From the human T2T-CHM13v2.0 reference genome, Homo sapiens: a stretch of DNA of 64,000 bases. The stretch is from NCBI RefSeq assembly GCF_009914755.1, contig NC_060926.1, one strand, 5' to 3'. Shown here one piece after another: positions 12,724 through 26,974 of the stretch. Numbering within the stretch: the stretch's first letter is position 1; the number at the start of each line of letters is the position of its first letter. The notes beneath the pieces are model-generated. The model was not told the origin of the DNA. It ran no database searches and was given only the letters and a program-made list of their open reading frames with translations. Made by a program: the position numbers and the translations under genes.

Positions 12724-14118
12724 CCTTGGGCTCAGAGTCTTTAACAGACTGTGTGGAGAGAGGATGGATCACGTTGTCGGGGGTTGGGGATGGAACTTAG
12801 GGAAGGGAGGGGAAGGAAGCAGCCTTAGCAGGGCCAAAGGACTGTGGGAGAAGAAGCACAACTGTGGGAGAGGCTGTGGGGAGCCACTTCGTGCAAACAG
12901 AGCAGGGAGGAGGAAGCCTCTAGCCCCTACTTGGGTGAACTCCAGGAGGCCTCAAATAGACTGGGGGGCCACGCCCCAGAGCAGGCGATCTTCTGGTTAT
13001 GCATGGAGACCCTTGCTTGCATCTGAGGCAGAGAACTGACAAAACACTTTTGTAATTCCAAATCTTTGTTTGACAACTTTTTGTTGTTTCCACCCAAGTC
13101 CTCCCATCACTGACCCCCACCACTACCAACTGTCAGCTGAATTCCACCAATAAAGAAGACAGGGACATGATGACAATCCTAAACGGATCTGCTTAACCAG
13201 CTGACAGCCACTTTTGTTACTAACTGTAGCACCCCTCCTGCTATGGGAAGGGGTGCAGGGTCTAAGTGAAATCAGTAGCTTTATGTACTATTCATTTCTC
13301 CCCTTTCACCCAACAAAATCTGAGATCACTGAACTTGTCTACCTTACAAAATGCCCTAAAGTATATTTGAACATCTTGTGATGGCTACATTTTGTTTCTA
13401 ACCTATGTCATGCTTTATCTTCTCTTGCAGTAAGCACTTTATTGGTTTTCATGCCTTCCAATCTACTTTCTAACTGATGCTGGAGTTGTTTTTCTAAACC
13501 ACAAGTCTGCAGTTGTCATTTCCTGCTTTTCATTGTCATCTGCTTAAAAAAAAATCTTCAGTTTCTTTTCTATCCCAAGTAAAACGTAATATGAAATCTC
13601 AGTAGGTAAGACATTCTCAAGCAGCCCTGCTCTGTGAAAGTGGGGTTGGGTGCAGGCGGAGTCCTGCCCTCTCAGCCTGTCTCTCCACATCTTTTGCCCC
13701 CTTGACCTTGACCAGTCCCCGTCCTGTCAGTGGCAACCACAGGATCTGATAGAACCTGTTTTGAGCGTGAGCATCCTCAAGCCCATGGCCCACTTCTCCA
13801 CTCTCTTCTTCAGCACTGCCCATGCGGCTAGAACTCCAGGCCTCTTATTGTTCCTTCTGCCCTTGCACGTTCTCCTCCTTTCACTTCGTTGCTCTTCTTC
13901 TCCTCTTACCTGCTGATTTCCCACTCAGCCTTTGAGAAGGAGCTCAGAAGTCACTTTCTCTTAGAGCCATCTATAACACCCCCATGTGAGCTGTTCACAC
14001 TCTGTGTCCGTGGCTCTCTCTGTCCACCCACATTATGCCATTTACTAGATTGCTTTGCAGGTCTTCTTCTGCATCAGTGTCATCCCTCACTCGGCCAAAG
14101 ATGCCATGTCCTACTGTG

Positions 14119-15162
14119 TGCTATGGGTTGAATATTTGTCCCCTCCAAAACTCATGTTGAAATTTAAGCCCCAATGTGGTAGTATTGAGAGGTGGGGCCT
14201 TTTAGAGGTGATTGGGTCATGAGGGCTTTGGCTTATAAATTGATTAATTCATTCATGGACTAATGAGTTAATGGGTTGATGGATTAATGGGTTATCACAA
14301 GAGAGGGACCGATGGCTTATTTTAAGTTCTGGGATACATGTGCAGGATGTGCAGATTTGTTACATAGGTAAACGTGTGCCATGGTGGTTTGCTTCACCTA
14401 TCAACCCATCACCCAGGTATTAAGCCCTGCATGCATTAGCTATTTATCCTGATGTCCTCCCTCCCCCCACCCCCCCAATAAGCCTTGGTGTATGTTATTC
14501 CCCTCCCTGTGTCCATGTGTTCTCATTGTTCAGCTGCCACTTATGAGTGAGAGCATGCAGTATTTGGTTTTCTGTTCCTTTGTTAGTTTGCTGAGGATAA
14601 TGACTTCCGGCTTCATCTATGTCCCTGCAAAGAACATGATCTCATTCCTTTTTATGGCTGCATAGTATTCCATGGTGTATAGGTACCACATTTTCTTTAT
14701 CCCCTCTATCATAGATGGGCATTTGGGTTGATTCCATGTCTTTGCTATTGTGAATAGTGCTGCAATAAACATACACGTGCATGTATCTTTATAATAGAAT
14801 GATTTATATTTCTTTGAGTATATACCCAGTAATGGGATTGCTGGGTCAAATGGTATTTCTGGTTCTAGATCCTTGAGGAATCACCACACTATCAGTCCAC
14901 AATGGTTGAACTAATTTACATTTGGAACCAGTGGCTTTATAAGCAGATGAAGAGAAACCTGAACTAGCAAACTCAGCCTCCTTAACATGTGATGCCCTTT
15001 TCTACCTCAGGACTCTGCAGAGTGTCCCCACCAGCAAGAAGGCCCTCACCAGATACAGCTCCCTCAGCCTTGGACTTCTCAGCCTCCATAACTAGAAGAA
15101 ATAAATTATTTTTAAAAATAAACTACCTAGTTTTAAGGAAGCAACAGAAAATGGACTAAAAA
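14119..15162 (+). mobile_element. MST solo LTR (MSTD-like), split by an L1 insertion
   Basis: TGCTATGGGTTGAATATTTGTCCCCTCCAAAACTCATG... up to 14318. Resumes at 14924 with GGCTTTATAAG...CAAGAAGGCCCTCACCAGA...GCAACAGAAAATGGACTAA. Confidence 0.85.
14319..14923 (-). mobile_element. 5'-truncated L1PA (3' ~600 bp)
   Basis: L1PA 3' UTR in reverse: TTTAAGTTCTGGGATACATGTGCAGG...TCTAGATCCTTGAGGAATC. Degenerate TSD at 14305-14318 / 14924-14937. Confidence 0.92.
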
Positions 15163-15746
15163 TCATAGGTTATAAATGACCATTGTTTGTTAAATGGGGA
15201 AAAATCATGCACTGAGCTCATGTCAGAATGAAAAATTACCTCGAGCCCATTTATAGTTTAGCAAATTTGGTGAAAGTAACTGAGCATTTTCTTCATTAAT
15301 AGTGCAGTAAATCAACAGTGCAGTTTTGTCCTTTAAACTACATCATTGAGACAAAATGGACTTTTTTGGCTATATTTTCAGTCAAGATGTCCAGAGTAAA
15401 ATGAAATGGAAGAAAATGGTTCCTTAGCATTCCTGGGAAATGATCTCCTTCTCTCTCAAGGCTCAACTCACATATTTCCTTTTCCCTGGGGGGGCCATCG
15501 TTGACTTCTCAGTCCCATGTTTGTCTCTATTTAATTCTTCTTCTGATGTTCCTCTCCACTGCATGATCCTCTCCACTGCATAATCCACTCCTGAATTCCC
15601 TACTCTGGACTCAATCAAGATTTTGAGTTGAACTATGTTCATCTATGGAAGCAAAAGCTGGGTCCTATGGTCCTTAGTGCTCTGTCTCTTTGATCAGGTA
15701 GTGAAGGATTTGCATCTCCAAGGACTCTTTTTTCCAAAGCCTTAGC

Positions 15747-15811
<65 letters not shown>
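15747..15811. repeat. A16 + (TA)n microsatellite
   Basis: Seen directly. Confidence 0.98.
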
Positions 15812-15815
<4 letters not shown>

Positions 15816-18596
15816 GGAAAATAAGTCATTTTGAAGCATATGCCATTTGTCGTTTTGACCCACATGAGGAAGTGTTATAGGAAGGGAAAGATTGCTATTC
15901 AAAAACAAAAAGGAAAATTATGTAGCAGCTTCCACATTTTTAAAGACGTGGCAAAATTTAATTAAGGGCAAATATGTCCTTGCTAGAAGAGTCCAATAAT
16001 GGGCATAATTCAGAATGCAAAGTAAAGCACCAAGTGTGATGAGTTAGGTAGTCTGTAACAGAAAAGCTCACTTATTTTCTGGTAGGCAGGGGGCTCTTGG
16101 AGCTGAGAGAAAAGGAGAGTTGGAAAATGGGAATCTGGATAGGTACAGTGTGCCACAGCAACATGGTGGCAGGCCAGAGGCCAAGGCCAGAAAGTTCTAG
16201 TAAGCAGTTTCCCCTGGTTGGAGGGAACGGGGGGCGGGCGGTGGTGGTGGTGGAGGAACTGTGAGTATAGTATTCTCTTGTGTGCACTTTTCAGTTGTTT
16301 ATTATATCATGCAGTGCTAGTGCCTCTTCATTAATCCCAAAATTCAAATAAAGCCCATCATACACAATGGCTTTTAGTTGGTGGTGAATTATGGAAGCAT
16401 GGAGGAGAAGGGTGGCTGCACACAGCAGGGAGAGGAGAGAGAGAGCAGCTGCAGGAGGTGGGAAAGTAAGCAAGGATCAAAACTTCAGAAGAAGCAGAAA
16501 GTCTTGGCAAGAGGATATTAGAACATCAATAGACCTCCAGGGAATACCACAGAATCATTTGGCAAACGCTCTACACCTCCCAGTTCATGAATTGGGGACT
16601 CAATCATTTTATTTGAATAGTAAAGGAAAGAGTGGCCCCAGGAAGCTGGGGGACTTGGGGAAATTTGAGCTACAAAAGGAATGTATAGCAGAAGAATGTG
16701 CATGCTGTCTCAAAAGGATGCTTTTCCACACTCTGGCAAGGCTATTTTACTACCTGGGCATCTTGATTTTAGAGGGCTAATATCACATTTGTCACATTAA
16801 ATACAATACAGTATTTTGGTGTAAAAATGTGAAAACATCTTTGTAACTTTGCTTTTGATATTCTTATATATTCTTGATATTATTATCAATGTCCATTTTA
16901 GAGTTTAATTTTTTTTGGACCCAATAAATTTTTTAAGATCAGATCTTAAAAATTTTATTGTACCTTTGCAAAGCTTGTGAGTCTTCAGCCCTGTGCTCAA
17001 TATAGCTAATGGATAAAATGTTCATACACCAAAGTAAGCTCTTTCTTGCAGAGGTAAAGCCAATTCCCAAAGAGGCCTTATCAGCGTTTCTCGACAAACA
17101 CAGATAATTAACTCACACCAACAAATGCTTGATTTGGACCCTAATTTTTCAAATGGAATTTCAGTAGGCTCATTAAAATAGCATAGAAATAATTTTTAGT
17201 GTAAGTCTTTATCTATAAGCCTTTTGGTTATCAATTAGAGACTTATTTCTAATAAAAAGAAAAAAGCAACAATGTACTCAGTTATTAGTAAATTAAAACC
17301 TTCAAAGTAAACCTCAAGGCCTGATAAGAGCCCTAATTTTTTAAAGTGTTCTCCTGTCAAGAGAATATTTAAAGTACAGGTTTTATAGATACTTTCCTTT
17401 TAAATAGAATTCTCTTAGCTAATCAGATGCTGAGCGGCGTTGCCTTTAATTTTATCTGGCCAAGCTTCCCTCCATCTGTTTTCCCATAATGCTCTCATTC
17501 CCTCTTCCAGATGTTTGGCACGGCATCTCAACTTGATGTCTATTTCTTCTTGTTCTCCTTCACCTCACATGAACCTTCCAAGTCATAATTCTTTGGAAAT
17601 AGACACAAGGAGCTTTATTTCAAATTACCATCCTTTACTTAAGAGGTTCCATCTCTAAGGTCAGTAGAAGTCATACAAAAATTTCTATCTCATTGTAGAA
17701 TTTTTGGGTTGTCTATATTTTTAAAAAGAAGCCAAAAGTACAGGAGAGTTAAGCAACATCTCCATGTTCACATAAGCCAGAGACTTGAGAGTAGGAATTT
17801 AATATCAATAATTGTACTTTTAATTCTTTTTTTAGGATTTGATTTACTGAAAACTAAAGCTATTCTATCACTCTACAGCTTCAACTTTGATCAATGCCTC
17901 TATCCAATAGGGGGTCAAGTACCTGAAGGGAAGGAAAAGAATTCTCTGGAACATATGGCAGGAAAGGATCATTTGTGTGTGCCTGCTGAAAAGACAAATG
18001 ACTCGTCCTCCCTGCCCTCTCGCTGTGTCAGTGATCCTTGCCGCTCAGCTGATCATAGACAATCTTGTGCTCTAGCTAATCTGCTGCTTTTCAAAGCAAA
18101 CTGAATGGAAACAAAGGTTTAAGTGTCTGGAAACTAAATCACGACTTTAAAAAAATCTAGTGGCATGAAAAATTTCCTTGATAAAAGTATAGAGCATGTT
18201 AGGAAAATTCTTTTCTGAGGCCACCTGCTGACATTCTATTTTATAACTGGAGAGAATACTGCCTTATACCCCAAACTTAGATAGAATGAAAGCTTTTTGA
18301 CCAGGAAGAAAAAAAATACCATAGACCTTATTTTTAAAAAGTTCGGTAGTTTTCATGGTACAAAGGAATCTGCAAAATAGAAAAACTCTCCTTCCCATCA
18401 TTCAAAAAATAGTTTATTCGTTCCACTATCTCATGCCCATCCTTTATTCTTCCAGCCTTACTGCCAACATTTTGGGAAAGTCCTTATTGGCTCATGCTGC
18501 ACAAGGGCGATGGCCAGCACGCTGTTGCCAATCCTATATCTGTCCTACTGGAAGTCCTCCCAAGGAAAACCATACATTTATTTAAAAGAAATACCT

Positions 18597-18977
<381 letters not shown>

Positions 18978-19142
18978 CTAGGGACAAATAAGAACAACTT
19001 CTTGTCTGTCAGAAGGGAAGAGAGGAGAAAAACCAAACTCAGGGATAGAGGGAGAGGTCTAAGCGATGGCAGAAGACATCTCAATCCTTGATGTAATCTT
19101 GCCCCATGACTTCCATTCATCTTTAGAAAAGTTCCCAAATTC

Positions 19143-19438
19143 AGCTGGGTGCAGTGGCTCACCCTTGTAATCCCAGCACTTTGGGAGGCCGAGGCGGATG
19201 GATAACCTGAGGTCAGGAGTTCAAGACCAGCCTGGCCAACATGGTGAAACCCCATCTCAACTAAAAATACAAAATAATAATAATAATAATAATTAGCTGG
19301 TCGTGGTGGCGGGCGCCTGTAATCCCAGCTACTTCTGGAGGCTGAGGCAGGAGAATCACTTGAACCTGGGAGGTGGAGGTTGCGATGGTGCCATTGCACT
19401 CCAGCTTGGGTGACAAAAGTGAAACTCTGCCTAAAAAA
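19143..19438 (+). mobile_element. AluSx-type
   Basis: Full dimer with the linker expanded to (AAT)n. TSD AGAAAAGTTCCCAAA (19125-19139 / 19439-19453). Confidence 0.93.
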
Positions 19439-21354
19439 AGAAAAGTTCCCAAACTAGTAACATACTGGAAGCTGGTGGATTTCTGTGGACACCTGGGATT
19501 CACTTGTGCATGGTATCTAAATAGATGTGCAAGGTGCAGGAGCATGGAGATGTTGGGAAATGAGAGGAAAGAAATGCAAGAAAGCATGGAAAATGTGGGG
19601 AGAGCTTTTAACAGACATAGGCTGTGGCATTTGGCTTCACTCAGAGCTCTTGGGGAATGGGTTCCCTGGCTGTTTTAGGTTAGACCGTGAATGAGTCCTA
19701 TTACCTATGGAGTTGACTTTGAATTGATCAGCCTGGCATTCCAGCCCTGTGTGATCTTCCCTTGATTGACTACCTTCCAGCCTCCTTTTCCAAACCTCCT
19801 TATAAATGAACCGAACTGTGCTGGTCACTTTCCCCTGAATGTGCATATTCCATTCCAGTGCCACTAGTAACTGGCTGAGTGATCATGGAGAAATTATTTA
19901 ACATCTTTGATTTCCAGTCTATTCATCTGTAAATTGAGAATAATCTCATAGGATTCTTTCAAGAATTAAATTTGATAGTGCATAAAAAAAATCTGTAACC
20001 TGCTTCTCACTCTGTAGACACTTGATGAGTCTCACCTTCAACCCTTGCTTTTCCATTTGTTCCTTATGAAATTTTGCTCCTACGGATCCTTTTACCTTGC
20101 CCCTGCCAAGTTCAAACTCTAAGTACTTTAACTCCTATCATACTTTATCAAATATTGCCTAGCATTCTAGTTATTAATGCCTCTCTCATCTCTTCTAGCA
20201 GATTGCAAACATCCTAGGAACATTCATCTTTATATTCCTTAGAGCACCTACCTAAAGAGTTTGCAAATAGTGTATGCTCCATAAATATTTACTGAGTAAA
20301 TCCTCCGTTATTGTTTACCAAAACACTCCACATGATTTTCAATTATGAAGATTTAAATTTAAATTTATTCTATTAAAGTCTCAAAAATAAGACAGGATTT
20401 CTCTATTAAATATTTTCCACTCAGTTTCCAAAGGCTACATTTTAAATATCAAGCCACATTCCCTTGAAGACTATCACTGCATAGGTCATAACCAGAACAA
20501 TGTTTTGACATAAATCAAGTCCATTATATGAAATTGAATAGAACTTATTTTGAGCTTCCTACTAATGAAGGAAGGAAAATAAAATCATCTGGGAAAGAGC
20601 TGCCAAACATTGGACAGCCTGCTAATGTAAAAAAATGGGATGTTTCTTTTCACCATCTCTAAATTATTTGGATGGCAGGTGTGCCTGTTTTATGTTGTTG
20701 CTTATGCTTTCAATTGAAGAGTAAACTTTGCCTGTAGCCTGTTAATCACCTGAGCCTTTTGGAAAACTTAATTGAGAGGTCATTTGCTTTGCTTCCTTCT
20801 TCCTCCACATCTCCACAGCATATCAGCAATCATGGTGACGTGCCACTCTGCTGGTAATTCATATGGCTTATTCAGAAGCACAGATCATGGCTGTTAGACC
20901 TGCCAGATGTTCCCGGTCCCTAGCTGCAATTAAGTTCCAACATAGCCCAATTTGAAAGAGATTGAGAAACCACAGTTCTCATTAAGAATATTCATGAGTT
21001 TGCACCTTGAAAAGCCAGCAATCACATGATATGCCAGAACGGACAAGATCGTTTGAGAAGAGGAAAAAAAAAAAAAGATGCAATTTAAAATAAGTTACCA
21101 GGTATGTGCTACGGGAAGTTCTGAAGTGAAACAGGGGGTATGGAATTGCATGAACTATTTGAACTGTCAGTCAAATCTGTCTTAATAAGAATTTACAGGG
21201 CTATCCCAGGGCTGCACATTATCATCTGAAAAGCTTAAAAAAGAAAATCACCCAGGCCGTGGGCCCCACCCACAGGGCTAGTCTAGATCAAGAAAAAGAA
21301 ACAACATTGTCGTTGGCATCCTCATCTCCACACATAAGGAGTCACCTCTAGACA

Positions 21355-21368
21355 GTTGCTATGGTAAC
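21355..21368. promoter_or_regulatory. RFX X-box motif GTTGCTATGGTAAC
   Basis: Matches the palindromic RFX consensus GTTGCCATGGCAAC at 12/14. Function not demonstrable from sequence. Confidence 0.5.
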
Positions 21369-21826
21369 CATGAGTGTGTTCTTCTTAGACATTAAAAATG
21401 AGAACTCAAAGCATCTTCAGCTGGACTGGAAACAGATGCCATGTGTAGCATATTCAAAGAAGAGTCAGCCAACCAAATTAGGCAATGCAGAGGTTATCAG
21501 AGGTTCCTCGTGCCATCTTCAGGAGAAATAAGGAAAATAGTCTTTTTTAGGAAACTTGTCTGAAATGGTAGGATTCACAGTTTAGGAACCATTTTCTGTT
21601 GAGTCCATTGTGATCCCTGGAGATAGAACCCTTGAATAGACGAAGAGCACAGGATTGCAAATTAAGAAACCAAGGTTCTGTTTCTGTCCTTAACTCGCTA
21701 TGAGACTTGGGCAAATCACTGGTCTTTCTTGGTAACAATTTCCTTATGTAATAAAGGAAAGATTTCAAGAGACAAATTTAGACATATAGGGGTTGGAAAG
21801 GGCCTTATGGACAATGTGTTTCACTC

Positions 21827-22366
21827 TATAGTGATCACCTGTTTTTTCAGGGCTTCCAAAATCCATTTCCCCTCTATTCTGTAGCTCTTGGTTTTCCTTT
21901 GGAAATCAGTCTCTCCTCACTCTTTGTTCTGACTCCACCTTTGGTTCTAGAGAAGATCATTTTACCTCGGTCTGGCCAGTTGAAACACTGTGTTTGCCAT
22001 TACACAGTGGGTGTTTTTGGGATGTGACTGAAGTCAGCCTGAGTCCAATGAAAATTCTGAACTTCTTCTGGAATTATGGTGAAGGACAAACTCTTTTTGG
22101 GTTGTAAACCTGGCAATGTGAGTAAGAATCTTACTGTAGTGGGAGAATGTGCCTGAGGATGCAGCCAACACAATAAAAAGCAGAGTCCGGTAGATGAAGA
22201 GTAATAGTGTTCTGATGATGTCACTTAAAGCACCAAGATCCAGCCATGCCTGAAGTTGATATACCCTTTTCAGTTATTAAAAAAGTCAACAAAACCCCTT
22301 TTTAAAAGTAAGCTAGTTTAAACTGGATTTCTTTCACTTATGTCCAAAAGAGTTCTAATTCATACA
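21827..22366 (+). mobile_element. MLT1 (J/K-like) solo LTR inserted into a MIR
   Basis: GATCCAGCCATGCCTGAAG...GGATTTCTTTCACTT...AAAGAGTTCTAATTCATACA. MIR halves on both sides (GGTTGGAAAGGGCCTTA... / CCCTCATTTTATAGG...GGAAACTGA). Confidence 0.7.
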
Positions 22367-24170
22367 AAGCCCTCATTTTATAGGCTTAGGAAACTGACAC
22401 CAAGGACGATGGCTTGTCCAGACCTCGATAAAGTCAGAGGCAGAACTAGAACCAGCTCTTGAGCTTTTCAGTTCAGAGGCTTTCAGGATACATCTAAACC
22501 TTGAATTTTACGATGTTAAGGTATTAACATCTTTGAAATTTCCATTTAACTGACTCTTTCCTTCTTCTCAATAACATCAATCTTCTTATAATGCTTGATA
22601 GATTTGTTTTCTTGCAGCCTTTTGCCATTTCAGAATTCACTTATTTTGTAGCTAGTGTACCTACCAACCAAATTAGAAACAAATATAGCAACAATTCACT
22701 ACTCAAATTAATATCTTGGTACAGGGCAGATCAAATAAACAATGGGCTGTCTTTAAGAATTTTTTCAACGGATTTATTTTTCAAATCTATCTTCCAGTAG
22801 ATTTTTCAATGCATTATAGCATCATAACCTCAATTTCCAATCAGAGGCAGAAGAGATGGAAGTCTTAAAAAGAAAGAATGTGAAATTAGAAGAGATTAAT
22901 ATTTAGCTAAAGATTGGCTTCCATGGACTGACTGTCTCTCAATCTATAGCTAGTGAATTAAGAACCAAATTACTATAGGTTTTGCTAAATGTGTTAATCC
23001 AGTTTAAGAGTTTCATTCTCCACAAACAAACAGTGTACTCCCATAACCCATCATCCTGCTCTCTATTATAACACTTATGTTAAATATCTGCCTTCTTCAT
23101 TGGGCCTTGAGCCCCTATATGCCAGGGACCTTGTTTTAATCATTTCTTAGTCTCATGAACACCCAATCATTTTGCATGCTGCATGTGTATGGAGTACAGT
23201 TAGAACACACAGATATTCCCAATTTGCTACCGAGAGCATTGGACCATAATACTTCTTTTAACTATCTCCATGGGCTGGTGTCAAGTTCATTTGTCTGTTA
23301 TTAGTGTGTGTGAGAAGAGTTTCTAATATATTCAAACTAATTTCAGGTTTTGAAAGTTTCCACATGGACCGTTTTTAAGCAGAATCTCATGGGATTTTAG
23401 ACCCTGAAGTGTCATATCTAATTGTTATCTCTTCATGTTCATGTCTTCAGTAATCATCTAGAAGTGATATTATGGACTGGCACTCAGAGGCGGTGTGAAC
23501 TGTGAGAATCTACATTCTAAAATCTTCTCAAATCTTTTTTGCTATCCTTCCCATTTGTCTCACATCATCTGGGGTATAGAAAGTGTGAAACTTTTTAGTT
23601 TTATATACCTTGAAGAATTGAAACCAACCAGAGAGAGACTAGAATAAGGAACATTATGGAGTTGTATGTTATTATGTTTACATGTTAATTTGTAAAGTTC
23701 TGCCCTGCTTAGAACAGAGACGTAGAAAATGCTTTTTTTTAAAATCTAGAAAAGAGGTGACAGTAAATTTGTCAGTGTATCACTATTTATTTTTTGAACT
23801 TGGAAAAGTACAGAAGAAATCAAAGCAATGTTAATTTTAAAAAATAAGAGAACATATCCAAACAATTTTTATTGGAGATTTCAATTTTATTTTTCCATTT
23901 AAAAGTAGAATATTCATTTAAATTTGTATATTAATTTAAAAGGAGACAGTCAGCCCTACATATAATATCTCATTTACTCTTCATGACATCCCTAAAAATG
24001 TAAATATTATTAGCCACAATTCATAAATGAAAGACTAGTTTTAGGGAGGCTACATAAATCGCCCAAGGTCATGTAGATTATAAGCAGCTGAAATGGGCTG
24101 GAAGTCAAATGTGACTGACTCATAGGTTTTGTCCTAAATACTCTGCTACAGGCTTCTCAAAACATTGTCT

Positions 24171-24226
24171 GGTTTACCTATGCAACAAACCTGCACATCC
24201 TGCACATGTACCCCAAAACTCAAAAT
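24171..24226 (+). mobile_element. Extremely 5'-truncated L1PA (~56 bp)
   Basis: GTTTACCTATGCAACAAACCTGCACATCCTGCACATGTACCCC is the L1PA 3' terminus. Flanks AAAACATTGTCT / AAGCCATTGTCT. Confidence 0.85.
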
Positions 24227-25723
24227 AAGCCATTGTCTCAATAGGACCTTTATGTATTATGTGTCAGCTATATGCTTTACATTCATTACCTGGTAATTCA
24301 CAAGAATCCTGTGAATTGGATATTATTACCCTTCACAAACCAGGAAACAGACTTAGGTGACTTGCTCAAGATCACCAAACTCCTAGGTGGCAGAGTCAGG
24401 CCATTAGTCACCATTCATTCTTTTAGCTCACCTTGATTAAACACAACCTCTGTGCTGGGCATCCCAGGAGCCAGAGTTGGGCCAGGGTGAGAAGGAAACA
24501 CATACTTCCTATTCTCAGCACTTTAAATATTACTGAAATATTTTGTGAATGAAGGTGTTGACTCATGGAGAAACTAAAGAACAGACGTTGTCACAGCATT
24601 CGTTTCTCTGAAATTAGACTTTAGTCTCCCCAAAGGACATGTGCATACTACAGAACCTCCTAGAACACTCTTTGAGAATTACTGAACTCAGTGTAATCCA
24701 TTTGCTTTTTAATCTAGGCCCAGCTTCTGCTTTCACCCTGGGCCTGTTAAACGTTACTAGCTTTATTTCCCATCTTCTTTTGCCCCACATCTGCCAGGTC
24801 CCTCCTATGGAGAAGAGCGTGACTTGACCTGCTGCTGCCCATCCCAGCTACCATTCTGCTTGTCTCCTTTCTTCCACTGCCAGGCACCTCCAATGAGGGC
24901 CTTATCCCCTCTGCTTCCATTTCCACACTGCCTAGTTTTTCCTTGAGTCCCTGTAATCTGCCACTGTCTGCACCCCAAACTCTCAATACTAGTTTAATTA
25001 CTTAATTACTAGTCTGGTTATCTTTCCTTACTTACCTCCACCAACTTCTAACTACAGGATCAAGTTCAGACCCCTTAGATTGGATTTTCAGTGTTCTTCA
25101 CAATCTGGTTTAAATGAAAGTTCTGGGTTTTTTCCCCCCGTGTCCCTCTGACGCAAACATCTGTGCATCACAAAACTGCTCTACTCCCTGTTTCCTGAAT
25201 ATATTTTACACATTCTTGTATAAAATATGTTGCGTCAGGCACATATAGCAGTTTTCTTATTAGGCAAATGATGTATGGCTTACAGTACTCATAAAGCAAA
25301 GGCCACAAGGATACAGAAAGCTGAAAGTTCAATTAAATTATGCAGAATTTTTCTATTAGAAAAATCTAGAAAGAAGATATTTTAATTTTGGCATACATGA
25401 ATGATCTGGACTTTAGAGTTCAGCATGTGTGTGTGTGTATTTCTTAAATTATATAAAAGGTGAGGTAGAGGGTGAACCATGATCTTTTTAATACTTAGTT
25501 ACTTAAGTCTCTTGAATGACCACTAATTACATGCAGAATTTGGGGGAATTTTTCTAACATATTAAGCCTCAATTTCCTTATTTATAAAGTGCTGATAATT
25601 GTAATACCTGTTTGATGGTATTGTTTGGGGGAATTAAAAGATATTGCATGTAAAATGCTGAGCACAGAGATGTTCAGTAAGTGCTAGTGGAGCTGCTGCC
25701 ATTCCAGCTGCTCATTATTCTAC

Positions 25724-26130
25724 TGCTATGGTTCAAATGTTTGTCCCCTTTGAAACCTGTGTTGAAACTTGATCCCCAATGTGACAATGTTGAGAGGTAG
25801 GGCCTTTAATAGGCAATTGTGTCATGAGGGCAGAGCCCATGAATCCCCATGGATTAATGCATTCATGAATTAATAGGTTAATAGATTAGTAGGTCATCAT
25901 GGAAGTGGAACTTGTGGCTTTATAAGAAGGGGAAGAGAGACCTGAGCCAGCAAGCTCAGCTGCCTTACCCTCTTGCCATGTGACACCGTGTACTGCCTTG
26001 GGATTCTGCAGAGAGTCTCCATGAGCAAGAAGGCCCTCATCAGATGTGACACCCTCAACACTGGACTTCTCAGCCTCCAGAACTGCACGTAATAAATTCC
26101 CTTTCTTTATAAATTCCCCAGTTCTAAGAG
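25724..26130 (+). mobile_element. MST solo LTR (MSTD-like)
   Basis: TGCTATGGTTCAAATGTTTGTCCCC...GGCTTTATAAGAAGGGGAAGAGAGACCTGAG...AATAAATTCC; 3' end eroded. Confidence 0.85.
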
Positions 26131-26660
26131 CCATTATCAGCCTACCACAAGATTCTTGAAAGGAATGATCCATTTCCTTCACGTTTGTGCCTCCCACAAG
26201 ACACCAAGTTGTGAATAAAAGATGATGAGTTTATGGGTGTTCATTAGATTATTAAAAAGTAATGATAACATTATTACTCTTAATAATAATAATCTTAAGT
26301 AAATTACCAGAAAAAGTTCATTCTTTGGCCAATGATGAGACTATTTGTGCCTGAGGACTGATCTTAAAAAAATCAAAGCAGGGGAGGTGTCCAGCTTATA
26401 TCCATTGAATGAAAAGCATAACCTTAAATATTTTATAATTAGTTAATAGTTTGATATATCAATAAGTCGTTAGAAAAAATTCTATTAAAAAAATTCTATT
26501 GCATATCAAACCTTTACCCATGTGATCCAGTCCTGTCCTGAATAGTTTCACACTCAAAAAAGCATAGCCTCGAGGGATTCCAGTGTTTACCCACCTTCCT
26601 CTCAAACATTTAAAGGTCCAAGCACAAGTATAACAACTCTTAATAAAATGCCCTGTTCTT

Positions 26661-26974
<314 letters not shown>

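Noticed and set aside
13167-13204. ATGATGA...CTGA as a C/D-box snoRNA
   Set aside because: The boxes are under 40 nt apart, with no terminal stem adjacent to box C.
15550-15583. 17-bp tandem duplication TCCTCTCCACTGCAT(G/A)A
   Set aside because: Ordinary slippage-scale duplication with no further structure.
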